Shown: positions 1-12,600 of the stretch, one piece after another | Layout of the letters: each line of letters begins with the position of its first letter | Position numbering within the stretch: the first letter of the stretch is position 1 | DNA from: Macrostomum lignano | Taxonomy: Eukaryota | Direction of reading: 5' to 3' | Assembly (NCBI GenBank): GCA_002269645.1 | Contig: NIVC01004546.1 | Span: 1-42,436 of the forward strand | DNA length: 42,436 bases | Position numbers and translations under genes: made by a program | Notes under the pieces: generated by a model | What the model was told of the DNA's origin: nothing | Databases searched by the model: none | The model's input: only the letters and a program-made list of their open reading frames with translations

Positions 1-921
1 TCAACTTTGTACAAGCCTTCGGACGGCGCAGGCCACGCATCGGCGCCTAAGCCTCCTGGAGCGAGAGGCAAATATTTGCACTTTCTGTTTGGCAATACAG
101 CCTCGTACTTTTCAGTTAGCTGACTCCCTTTGTCTACCACGTCTTTTCCCACAGACTATCATAACCGTTAATTTACCAAAGACATTTTAGCTACCCTGTT
201 CGCTATGTTAGTAAAAATATAAGTTCAGCTCGCGGCTTCAGCCCTTCACCTCTGCTTTTCTTCTGATTCCTTACCCGCTAACCGCTTGTTCTTATATTAG
301 TTTATTGTCAACTTCGACAGACGTAGTGCCACCTACAAGTGGGAAAATTCCCCCTCCTCTAGTTAACTACGGGGCTATACCAAATGGTGAGATATCAGGA
401 GTAACTTTCACGTCATTCATGCCCAAGTCATTTAAGACAGTCGAGATGGGAAACGCTATAGATTCTCCGAGAAAACTGCTAGAGGCTTTCGCTATATCTT
501 CAAGAGTTTATGAAGAACGTCAGTAAAAAAGCAGGCCTTACTAAGGTGTACACCAACCACTGCATATGGTAGGTAGTTTGACCTGTGCTTTTGCCCATCA
601 TATTCATAATGTTTCTCTGAGAGCACATTTGCATCTCGACTAATCTTTTCTTAACCTCTAAAGTAACTAGAGTGTGTGACCTGGATGCCATGGCCAGACT
701 ATCCAGGAGATCTTGCTAATCACTGGGCAAAAGTGTGAGCGAACTGCTAAGCGCAACTTATCGAGGCGTCGTGATCGCAGTTTGTATAGGGCATTTCTGG
801 CTGTGGATCAGGCGCTGAATCATACAGTTTCCGAAGCTAATGAGACTGTTCACCTAGCTCGTCCAACCACAATAAGCGAGGCTACGCTGGAGGAATGTGT
901 GGATGTTTATCAAGAGCATGT

Positions 922-991
922 GCGCACTACGTTTGGCGCACTACGTTTGGCGCACTACGTTTGGCGCACTACGTTTGGCGCACTACGTTTG
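922..991. repeat. 14-bp tandem repeat x5
   Basis: Unit GCGCACTACGTTTG. Confidence 0.95.
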
Positions 992-1599
992 CAGGCTGCC
1001 CCGTCAAAGAAGATGAAAGTGACCATTGGCGGCAGTCTCAATCTGATCGACATTCTTTTTGAGTGACGTAACTGTGTAGGCCGGGTATTAACTGATTTAC
1101 ACACAATTGCTTTGTTGAACAGTTTCCCGGAGTTTTGCTAGCATCGAAAAATAAATTTTACCCTTCGTTATTGTTTAACTTGCCGTTGCGTAACGTCTAA
1201 AATGACATTAAAACGCATCCCAGGCGCGTGTTATTGTCACGAAAAAGTACATAGCCATGCACGGAAAGTCTCCACTCCTATATAACAGTTTCATAGCAGT
1301 CGAGCATTTCAACGCATCTAATCGGCTTCTCAATCGAGCGAGGCCATGCAGCTATGCAAGTTATGCGGGGGGGTAGTTATTCTTAAGGCTTGAAGGCATT
1401 CTGCTGTGCAAAGAGAGGCAGGAGGAGCCTTCCCTTGTTCTTAGATGAGTTGGGAGGAGGTTATGGCGCCAGTGACCCAGCGGCTTCTCCGGCAAGGCTG
1501 TGGAAGGCTCCAAATAATCAATACGCAGTCATAAGGCTCCTGGGCAGGAGTCACGCGGCCTGCAATACCTCTGCTGAGGTTGTAAGAAATTCTTCAACC

Positions 1600-1800
1600 A
1601 GCAGCCTAACCTGCTGGATGAGATGAGCAGAGCAGCCGACCACGGAATCGCCCAACCGTAGACCTCTGCCATAGTATTCTTGCTGGAAACGCAGGCCCTC
1701 AAAATTCAATTGTTTTTTCTCAGTTTGGACTGTTGCTGAGGATAGCCCAAGCTATGCCCCCAAAATGATGAGTGGCATCAATCGATAATCCTGTCCATCC
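1600..1800 (-). pseudogene. Possible decayed Mutator (MULE) transposase fragment
   Basis: Broken frames give LSIDATH..GIAWAILSN..EKTIEF, PAF, NTMAEVYG and RLLCSSH (CxxH). Several stops and frameshifts; motif recognition only. Confidence 0.35.
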
Positions 1801-2671
1801 ATGTCAGAGACATCAGTAATTTCCACTCCAGATAGCATACGCTCGTATTTTATAAGTCCCTGGCCCAATCGATATCCATTTACGTCACTGTTGGTTATTT
1901 GATAGCCTCAAGCATGCCGAGACATTTAACTTCTCACTGCTCCAGTGAGCCGCCTTCTGCTTGGTAGGTGGTCTGCGAATCAAAGAGAAAAATTTAAAAG
2001 ATTAGGCTGCAGGATCAAAGGGCCAGCTCTGACTAAGATGGTGGCTCGTGTGAGGAGTTTTGTGTATGATTTCAGCTCAGGGGTTATGGAGGGAATGTTA
2101 CAACTCTTTTTGCTGCCGGTGCTTCTTTGAGCTCGAAGTAACCCTTATGAACTCATAGTATGGTCCTTGATGAAAAAACCAAGACGAACACTACCTATAA
2201 GCCACTTTGATTTTTGTAGTCAAATAAGAACCGATGTAGGAAAGCGTGTTGGACGTATAGGATTTATTAAGGTCGTGTAGGGTATAGTCGCAGAGAAACT
2301 TGATTTTTTCCAGAAATGCTTATAACAAAGATAATTTATAACAAGGAAAAGTTTTTTTGTTCTAAAAAGTACCGAGTTTGAAAATCTTGACAAGTTTGTT
2401 ACGTAAAAAGACTCTTGAATGCTTTACAGAAACAATTTTGTTTCAATTATCAATAAAACTTTTCTACCAATATTTAAAAGCTGGATATTATTTTTAAGAC
2501 AAAATAATAAATATTGTATAATTGTTTAGCAATAACAGCATTCGATTTTCTGACAACTTAACAAACAGACTACTCACTCAAAAAACACAGTTCAATTTCT
2601 TCAACGAGATCAAAGTTCAGCTCAGATAATTTTCCGTATTCATCATCTACCGCGGCCGGCTGCAGGCCTCA

Positions 2672-3960
2672 TCAAACCAGCTGAACCATAAGCCGAATGC
2701 TCTTCAGTGGTTCTGAGCTTGACGATGAGGCTGCACCTTTCCAAATCATGCCTGTTGAGTCGGATGCAGCGGAGTAGCGGAACTGGCCGGTCGGGTTAGC
2801 AATATAACAACTGTAGAACCACCAGCCGCCATATCCATAAGTATTAGAGCAGGAAGAGCTGCGATGATCGTTATCCCGGTCAGTGGTGGAGAACTGCATG
2901 CCTTTGTGGTAGGTCAGCGAGTCCGAGCTCATGTTTGAGTTGATGTACGAACCGAAGGTCATGGCGTAGTTGGTGCTGGCACCCGCCACGGTGAAGTTGG
3001 TGTACTCGCAGGCAGAGAAAACACCTGCCCAGGTCACAGCTTCCACTCTCAGAAGCCTGGGCGTGCTGCCCGTCAGCTCGTTAACTTTGCGAAGACCTGA
3101 AAGAAATCCAAGACAATCGAACAGAGGTTGCTTCAAATCGAATGTGGACTCACCAATCCAGAAATCAGAGCTGTCTCCAAATCCGTTCTCGTACTCAGTC
3201 CAGTTCCTGGCAAAGCTCACGTTGCCGCTGAGGCGCTGCAGAATCAGGTAGAATACCCTGTCGCCCACCATGTCTGCATGGAAAGTCAAAAAAAACATTT
3301 CTAGTAAGACAGTGTAGGCACTAGTTATGCAATGTCATGGGGTCTTGCGTGTAATCATGTTGTTCAGACAACAGTGCGGGGTGACTGCTGAATTTGTATA
3401 ATCCTCGAGTTCTCGCTAGAAAACAATTAGTTGCTACCAGTTTAAATAAAAATGAAATCGTGATGAAATCTGAGAACGGCATGAGGGCATTCGATCATTA
3501 TCTTAATTTAAATGGATTGGAGCTCAAACTCACACGGCTCCAGCCCGCCGGCAGTGCGCCGAAACACCTGGCTGCTGCCGCCAGCAGCTCCGAAGCTGGC
3601 ATTCCGCACGGCAGACAGCAGGCAGAGACCAGATTCCCGCACGAATGAGACGGCTGAGCACACCAGACTGCCCAGCAACTCGCACTTTATCGCGCAGTCT
3701 CTCTCATTGCGACCCGGCAGAGTTTTGTAGCCAGAGGTCGCAATCGGTTCGCTCACCTGCTGGATAGAGAACTCTGAAATTTCAGTTTGAGTTTTCGATG
3801 ACTTCGAAAATCACATGACTTTGATTGTTGTTGCAATTCGTTAGAGAGCGTGACGTGCTCGATTCCGCTTTACGAAGGTATAACACTGCTTACCTGCAGC
3901 CTGAGCCGCGATGAAGATCACTGATAGCGCAGTCGCCATCATCAACAATTTGCCGAACAT
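2672..3960 (-). CDS. Secreted fibrinogen-related domain (FReD) protein with an N-terminal PAN/apple-like module, about 283 aa, 4 exons
   Basis: Exons complement(3894..3960, 3534..3773, 3154..3273, 2672..3096), all GT-AG, phases consistent, 852 nt. Signal-peptide-like MFGKLLMMATALSVIFIAAQAA; CAIKC..CSAVSF..CLL PAN-like Cys pattern; FReD motifs LQRLSGNVSFARNWTEYENGFG, FWIG/GL, HKGMQFSTTDRDND, GGWWFYSC. Confidence 0.85.
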
Positions 3961-5661
3961 CTCCAGCCGCTAGTTGTGAGTTTCAATTGTCGAATGTAGG
4001 CTCTTGAGGTAGGGGATGTAGGAAAGTTTTCTCCTGTGGAAAGCCAGGAAACTGCCGCCGCCGCGGGACTCTAAAAGCCCTCCCAGCCGTGGAGCTTTGT
4101 TTATTTCCTTGTCGCCCCTGGCAACCACCAAGCATCCTCAGTAGGACCAGTAGCCTCCCCATTTCTCTCCTTCCCCTCCCCTCCCCTAACTTCTCTTTCA
4201 GTCCCAGACACCCCTCGGCCTGACGAGGGACAGACAGCTCATTATACTACTACCGCAGCAGTCCCAAAGCTTGGTGTCGCTGCTCTGAATTTACTTTGTG
4301 GAACCTGATCTCGATACTGCAGTTGGCACCCGTGCATTTTTATACAGAATTGTATCAATAGATAAAATTGTGCGAATTCCTTTAGTCAGTTTTCCCAATC
4401 CAAAGCCAGGTTAGGCTTTATTATTTGAAACTCAAATGAGCAATCTACATGTACATGTAGCAGCTACTTTACTTGTGAGGTTGGCATCCGGGTTGGTGTG
4501 ACATGCAAACATTGATCTTAGACTCTGATACTCTGCAAACCCTGATATTTAACACCAATACAGACGGGGCTGACTAAAGTTTTCCCAGTGCGCTCAGGTT
4601 TTGTGGACGCTGCAAAGTGGAGGATCTACTCGTATCTTAAATTAAATTTAAAGTAGACTTCTAAATCGTTATGCAGTTCATCAATCTAGCATCTAGTTTA
4701 TCAACAATTTCTTTGAATGTGAAAATATTATAAAGTTTACTTCTGACAGTTTTTTATCGCTTTTCCCAGTTTGAGATGTTTCATTTTTGATTTGCGAATT
4801 AAGACACCAAAATTTAAACGGTAATCTCCAGCGAGCAAGTTTTGAGCAAATCGAAGAACTGCTGAACGATAATTCTGGCTTATATATTTCCCAGTTCATT
4901 GGGAGATCCAAAAAGTAAGCGAATTAATTCCAATGCAGCTGTCAAGTGCACGCTGTCATGGCCAAACTCTGTTAAGCAGAGTTTGGCTTTTGAGTTAAGT
5001 ATATATAGGCGAGACTAGGCCAATACCATTATGGATGTCTCATCCATATGTCTCATGGATGCTTGTAAACACTTAGCTTGTTTGGCCACTGAGATGGTAA
5101 GGGCCATTCCATGGCATACATAGACATCAACTGTGACAATGGAAACTCCTATTTTGTATTTTTACCTCCTATTTAGGCAGACAAGAGCAATAACTTGAAT
5201 AAGCCTGAACAGTAGTTTGCTAGTAACCTGTATATTTAATAGCAGTAAGTAGGGAGCGAGGTGGAATTAGATTAGTGCTATGTCCACAGTTTTCAAATGC
5301 AAAGACATGTAAGCCTAGAGAGGGCATACTTCTTTCACCAATTGCCGCCTGCAAATGTCCGGCAGGCAAACGTCGGCTGGCAAACGTCCGGCAGGCAAAC
5401 GTCGTAGACCCACCGGAAATCGACGTTATCATTGGTTAAATGGATTCGTTGCCTGAACGGCACGGGGAACCTGCGAAATGCTGTGGCTCATTGAGTCATT
5501 GGGGAGTTGCTGAGATGCCAAGGCTCTTGGGAGGATTGCTAACAGTTCAAGGCTTACGGGGGATTGCTAAGATGCTAAGACTCACCCATGGAGTTGGATT
5601 AGGGGTTAGGGTCAGTTTTAGGGTTAAAAATTAGAATAATCGCCTAGAGAGAGCTAGAAAG

Positions 5662-5732
5662 CTAGCCTAGATATGACCAGACTGAACTGCTAATGTAGCG
5701 ACTTGGGTTCGAATCCTGATAGTGTAAACTTT
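5662..5732 (+). mobile_element. tRNA-derived SINE-like head, copy 1
   Basis: A-box-like TAGCCTAGAT, loop-like CTGCTAA, B-box GGTTCGAATCC 5706-5716; no acceptor stem; homologous to 41045-41112. Confidence 0.5.
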
Positions 5733-6670
5733 ATTATAAAAGCTTTTATTAAATGACTTAATAAAGGATTATGGCACTTAATGAGTAAAGGATTACTGCA
5801 CTAGATGAAAAAGGGATTATTTTACTAGCTTCATGCTATCTGGGAGGTGCTTACTAAGGGAATTGCTGAGATGCCAAGACTTACAGAGAAATTGCTCAGA
5901 CTGAGGGCAAATAGGATTCACGTAAATAATTTCTGTCCGAAATCGCGAAAAAGCAATCATGAAAATTGTGTTCAGCATAGAGATAATAAACTGTCTTAAG
6001 AGCAGGCTGACAGAATGTGTATTTAACTGTCAATATGATTACCAACTGTTTTATTTATCACTTAAACGGCCAATTCGCCATGTATAAAGCACACGGAGAA
6101 GCTGCTACTAAAGGCAGAAGCAAAGAAATTAATGTTGAAGTGGGGAACGAGAAACCAGCACTAGAGCTACTAGTATATTGGCTGCAGTTGAAAGAAGAAG
6201 CAGGCAAAGGCAAAAGAAATTGCGTCAAAACAGTAGGATTTCTTCTGCGACTCAAATTGCATTCATTGCCTTCGGTTAGAATTCCTCATTAATAATTTAT
6301 TAGAAAGAAAAGTTGATCGACAACTCAAGTCAGGGCTGACATCGTGACAGACAATTGCAGTAATTGAGAGTGGGGAGCATTCAATACACGCTGAAATTAA
6401 GTGCATTTTTATAGCCTGCTTAGAATTTAGTTACCATGGCAACGTTTTGTAACTGAGTAAACAATGCTTGCGATAGATTACTTACTATTTGATATTATTA
6501 TTATAAAAAGTAAAAGAGAGTAGCATAACAAGGTACAGAAGCTCAGCAAACTGAGTAGCAGAGGTGCCTATTTCATCAATAAGTTGCTTTTATAACCAAA
6601 CAAACAAACAGCTTAGGCTGGGGCATTGTGTTCCTGCAGTTCAGTGATGCGAGAGCTTGCCGGGGCCTGC

Positions 6671-9600
6671 CTAACCCCGGATACACTGGATCTGAAAATG
6701 ATGACGGCGTTATGAAATTGAAATTCTAAAAAATTTGTTTAAAAAGCAAAACTGCAGTTAAGAAATGTCAAAACTCAACACAAAACAACAATTTTTTGGA
6801 ATTTCAACTCGGAACTTTGTGCAAAACAATGGCACGAACTCAACATTAAACTGTACAATACAAGGCATTGACAAATTACCCAGCCTATTATTATAAGCCT
6901 GAGCTGCAGCTGATCTATCTGCAGCTCAGTTCATCTGCTCCTCCTCGGGCGTGCTTCGGGGAGGCGCCTCACTGACGGGCACCTTCATTATTTTCGAGTT
7001 AGTAATAAGTGAACGCGCGAGCAATAACCAGAGAGGATTATCTAGAGGAACAGAGGGGATCATCTGGAGGAACAGAGATTATTTGTAGGAACTAGAGGGG
7101 ATCATCTAGATGAACAGAGGGGATCATCTAGAGGAACAGAGGGGATTATCTAGAGGAACAGAGGGGATTATCTAGAGGAACAGAGGGGATCATCTAGAGG
7201 AACAGAGGGGATTATCTAGAGAACAGAGGGATTATCTAGAGGAACAGAGGGGATTATCTAGAGGAACAGAGGAGATTATCTAGAGGAACAGAGGGGATTA
7301 TCTAGAGGAACAGAGCCAGAGGGGATTATCTAGAGGAACAGAGGATTATCTAGAAGAACAGAGGGGATTATCTAGAGGCGACTTGCAGAATACGGAGGAT
7401 TATGTAAAGTTCAACAGGAAATGATACGGACCGATAAAATCAGAGCATTTGTAAGCCAGACAAAATCAATTTGCTCACCACATCGTCAATCTTGAGTATG
7501 CAGCGCACGGTCTCGGCGGCCAGGCTGACGGCACTGCTGCTAACCAGCAGAGGCTGCAGCACGCTCTCGTCCAGGATGTTGGTGATGGCGCCTTTGCGCA
7601 CGTTGATGCCGGCAGTTTTCTCGCCGTTAGCGTGGCGATTGCGCAGCTCGGTGACGGTCTGAATGGCATTGAGGCCGGCGTTCTCGGCCAGAGTGTAGGG
7701 GATGATCTCCAGGCTCTGGGCGAAGGCGCGGACGCAGTACTGCTCGATGCCAGCCAGGGTGTTGCTGTGGGCGGTCAGCTGCTGGGACAGCTCGATCTCG
7801 GGGCGCCGCCGCCGGGGATGAGCTGCCTGAGGAAGGAGATTTTACAGATTAAATATATAGCAAAAACGCTCACAGTACTACTGAGTCAGCTACTGGCTAA
7901 AGCTAAAAACTATCTAGATACATACATTACATGGTGCCGGTATAGTCAGAAGAAGGTAAAAAGTTGTTTTCAGCAATTAATGCTTCAAAACAGGTCTGTG
8001 TAATCATCATTATGACTAAAGCACCTCTCATCCAAAAACTCTTGGAATAAATAGTTGATCAGTAGCGCATTTAGAGTCAGCATAAATTCAGAATTTATGT
8101 CTGTTTTCAAGTTGAACATCAAAACAGGTCTGTATTAATCATCACCCGATGCGCTTTATTGCAAACACAAACAAAATGATTCAACTCACTTCTTCTTGAC
8201 GAGGCAGCGGATGACGCACAGGGCGTCGTGCAGCGAGCGTTCGGCCTCGTCCAGCACCAGCTTGTTGGAGCCGCGCACCAGGATGGACATGGTCTTGCCC
8301 TGGTTCTGGATGCCCGTCACCTGGGATATGGCAATTACAGAAGCGGAAGGGGATGCTTAAATCTCAACGGTTACCTGTTGTGTCTTCCGACAATTCAATA
8401 TAAAATATTGTACTATTATTAATTTATTTTCAGTGCAAGGATGAAAATCTGTTTCATAGATAGCGTCAAAACAGGTCTGTAAATGTCATCATTAGAATTG
8501 CCATTGTTCTCGGGCGGCCTGACCGCATATAAGGTGTCATGCTAACATTTCAAAATTTTAATATTATGTGAAATATACCCCATATTGCAGTCACTGTCAC
8601 TCCCCATATTGCAGTCACTGTCACTCCCCATATTGCAGTCACTGTCACTCCCCATATTGCAGTCACTGTCACTCCCCATATTGCAGTCACTGTTACCCCC
8701 CATATTGCAGTCACTGTCACACCCCATATTGCAGTCACTGTCACCCCCCATATTGCAGTCACTGTCACACCCCATATTGCAGTCACTGTCACCCCCCATA
8801 TTGCAGTCACTGTCACACCCCATATTGCAGTCACTGTCACCCCCCATATTGCAGTCACTGTCACACCCCATATTGCAGTCACTGTCACCCCCCATATTGC
8901 AGTCACTGTCACCCCCCATATTGCAGTCACTGTCACCCCCCATATTGCAGTCACTGTCACACCCCATATTGCAGTTACCGTCACACCCCATATTGCATTC
9001 ATACAACATGATTAGCCATTGAATCCACACCTTGGTAATCTTAGACGAGCCAGTTTGCACCTCTTCGACCAGTTCCGCAGTGCCCAGCATGTCCGGGTTG
9101 AAATGGTCCAGAGAGGCGATGGGCCGACAGTTGAGGGTCTTGCAGATGAACTCAACTTCGTCCCGTTCGATGTCCTTCACCACGAGGATCTTCATCTTGG
9201 CCAGGAAGTGCAGCGCCAGATCGTTGACAGCGTCGCGCAGGATGCTCTTCTGGATGAACAGCACATTGCAGCCGGCCTTCTTAATCTCCTTGACGATGTT
9301 CAAGATGTACATGCGCTCCTCTTTGAGCACGCGATCCATCTGGGTGTAGTCGTTGAGCACAACGGTATTCTCCATGTCAGTCTTTGGCGGCGAGATGCAG
9401 AACTGGATGAGGCCGATGCGGGCCTTCTCCATCCGGTGGACTCCGCCGCTAGACGAGCAGGTCTTGTGGTCCAGCAGCAGGCCGGGGATCATCTCCGTGT
9501 CCTCCACGGTGCCGCCGAGTTTCTTCACAACGCGGATGTCGTTCAGGCTGACGCTGTCCGGCCCGCCGCAGACGGACAAGACGGCGTTGACGGCGATTGG

Positions 9601-12600
9601 GGCGAGGACGCTAGAGTACTGCGACACCACCTTCGAGTTGAGCGAGGTAGACGCGATCTTCATCAGCATCTGCCTGTCAGTCATGTCCACCTGCAGGTTA
9701 AACGGGAATTATATGGGGTAACATATCAATGGATAAAATGGAACAGGGGTTGCTAGGTTACCTTGAGTCATGCTGGGTGGATGATCTTATTTTCTAATTT
9801 GTACTGACTGACCTTTAATTTCAATAAATGAGCTGAATCTCGATGCAGGACCTCCAATCGCACTGTATGATCTCCAATCGCACTGTATGATCTCCAATCA
9901 CACTGTATGATCTCCAATCGATCTTTATGACCTCCAATCGCACTGTATGACCTTCAATCGCCAAATAAGAACCCCGATCGCATTGTATGACCTCAAATCG
10001 CCATATAAGAACCCCAATCGCACTGTATGACCTCCAATCGCCAAATAAGAACCCCGATCGCATTGTATGACCCCAATCGAGCTATATAACCTCCAATCGC
10101 ACTGTACGACCCCAATCGAGCTATATAACCTCCAATCGCACTGTACGACCCCAATCGAGCTATATAACCTCCAATCGCACTGTACGACCCCAATCGAGCT
10201 ATATAACCTCCAATCGCAGTGTATGCCTTCGGTACGCACTTGTATGACCTTCACTTGCGCTATGTGACCTCTAATTGTATTTTTGTAATTGTAATTGTAC
10301 TTTTTTAATAAAATAAACTAATTTGACTAGCTATTATATACTAATCAAAGCTGGAGACTTGACCCGTACAGGCGTGGCCAGAGTGTCGAGAATGTTGCAG
10401 GCGCGTGCGGCGGCCCGCTGAAAGGACTCCGAGATGATGGTCGGGTGGATGCCCTTAGACAGCAGTTTTTGACTGGCCTCCAGCATGCTGCCAGCTAGCA
10501 CAACTACTGAAGTGGTACCGTCTCCGGCTTCAATATCCTGAGCTTTGGACAGCTCAACCAGCATCTTGGCAGCTGGATGGATCACCTTCATCTGCTTGAG
10601 GATGGTGGCTCCATCGTTAGTAATTGTCACCTCGCCCTTGCCTTCTTGGATCTGCAAATAGAGGATGCAGGAAGCAACTAATTAGTCGCAGAATTGCTTC
10701 ACAAATGGATATAAATGAAAAATCTCACCATCTTATCCATGCCCCGTGGACCAAGGCTAGTACGGATAGCAGAGGCCACAGCTAAAATTGAAAATTTAAT
10801 TAAATTTACTTAATACAGCTAATATTTAATATATTTTAGCTATGTAGCTTACCATTGGTAGAATATTAGAATATACATATACTATATATACTACTGAGAA
10901 ATAGAAAACTAAAGTGAAGGAGCTAAAATAGATCTCAAAGCTGACTTTTAAAATACTACTAAAGGCCATGACCTTTTAATCTTGAGAATGCCCACAACTA
11001 GAAGAAATATATGCAATACATATACTAGTAACAATAACAGTAATATATTTTTATATTTAATGCCTATTATATTTAGACTTACAATATATGTTGTTTGCTA
11101 TGCTTTATAAATGTAAAACAATTGGGTAAGTGACTAATGCCATAGTTTGGAAGGCAACATGTACACTAGGATTTCCCAGTGTATAACAAGGTCAAGGTTA
11201 GGATTGTGTACTGCTGTACACCAGAATGAAAATTGCTTCTATAGCTCATGTATGCGAATGTATGCCAATGAACTTTTTATTGCATAAAAATAAGCCAAAA
11301 TAAAAATTATAAATTAGTAAAATTTTTACTAAACTGTATAGAACTAGTTCATTTTAACTATTTTTGCTTTACTTTTATTTCTTGGAAAAGTTAAACCTAG
11401 TCTTTTATTTAGTTTTTCATTTGTTGTAAAAGGCTGGCTATTCTTTCTAATCAAAATTTTACTATTGTAACTATGTACATAGAGACTACACCAAATGTTA
11501 ACTTAATCATTTTTTATATGCTAATTGTGTAGATTGATTGGGACTCAGAACATTTGGTCCCATCTGCTGTCTTGAAAATCTTTATATGCCAAGCTATATG
11601 CCAAAAAGACATGCCAGGCCATAGTCCAGATCATTCTAGGTGCACACCTAAACGAAAATTGAATAATTATAAATGCACATCCAATAAATAAAAGGCTTAT
11701 TCCAATTCTCTATATTCCGTAGCCATTGAGACCCCAAAATTACCATATTCCTGTACTTCCCATAGCTGTAGCTGTAGGTTTAACAAAAAGTCTAGAAAAC
11801 AAAATATTTTGAATCTAAAATATAACCTAGTGCTTAAAAACTGCAAATTAAATTAGAAAATATAATAAACACTCTATAGCCTTTGTAAGATTATATTTTG
11901 TCTTTTTTCAGAGCAACAATACTTAATTGTTATTGAAAGTACTAATGCTAAACTTTTTCAAGAATATAACAGCAACTACCATATTTCTGTAGTCATAGCT
12001 GTAAGAGCAGCTAGCTACTATAGGTGTATCCATAGCTGCCATAGGCCAGGTTGTGGATAGTATGCATGTATGCCGGAACTTTTCCGGCATACAAAACAGC
12101 CACCTTAAGTCCTTGGGGTACACAATCGGCATACACAACCACTGGCGAACTTTGTTGGTATACACTATTGGCATACACAAGTAACACAGCCAGGCATACT
12201 TTTTTGGCGTACAAATTTTGGTGAATGAATTTATGTCATGTATGAAAATTATAATATAAATTAACGTTTTTACGTAAAGTAAAGGAAAATTTGTATCGTC
12301 AGTGATAAACTTTTTGCTTCTTTGAAATTAATAATAAATAACCAGCAATGTTGTGCCCCCTTCAGGGCGGCCAATAAGAAAGGGACAAAATTTAGTAATT
12401 TGAATGAATTAGAAAAATATGCTTTAAAAGCTACAAAAATTTAGTATCATACTAATATACAATCACCCCATTTGAGTAAAAATATCATGGACAAAGATAT
12501 TTGCTATGAATCTCTTTTTTTCTAAAACTAACAAAAGTACACAATAAAAAAACCTTCACAAAAAGTAGCAGCCATTTTCTAGATGGCAAGCCTCCCCCCC

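Noticed and set aside
500-691. ORF resembling a pogo/CENP-B-type HTH
   Set aside because: Resemblance is weak, with no downstream DDE domain or TIR visible.
4220-4227. CTGACGAG hammerhead ribozyme core
   Set aside because: No stem II followed by GAAA; it is a simple CCCTCG/CGAGGG hairpin.
5598-5625. Telomere-like TTAGGG (also 39376-39392)
   Set aside because: Only 2-3 imperfect units, typical of internal repeat sequence.
6926-6982. Alternative CCT4 last exon [18 protein letters not shown]
   Set aside because: Weak acceptor (aataatgaag) and an atypically long C-terminus; 6671-6691 fits better, though RNA data are needed.
8542-9030. Repetitive peptides (CNMGx[18 protein letters not shown]) and similar ORFs at 19067-19461, 23095-23523, 23967-24692, 27966-28755, 29371-29670, 32777-33352
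   Set aside because: They are translations of intronic minisatellites open in several frames and lie between canonical splice sites.
9019-9756. Long opposite-strand ORFs (also 7632-8003, 21392-22183, 33741-34334, 35242-35904)
   Set aside because: Antisense shadows of GC3-rich exons, with no independent motifs.
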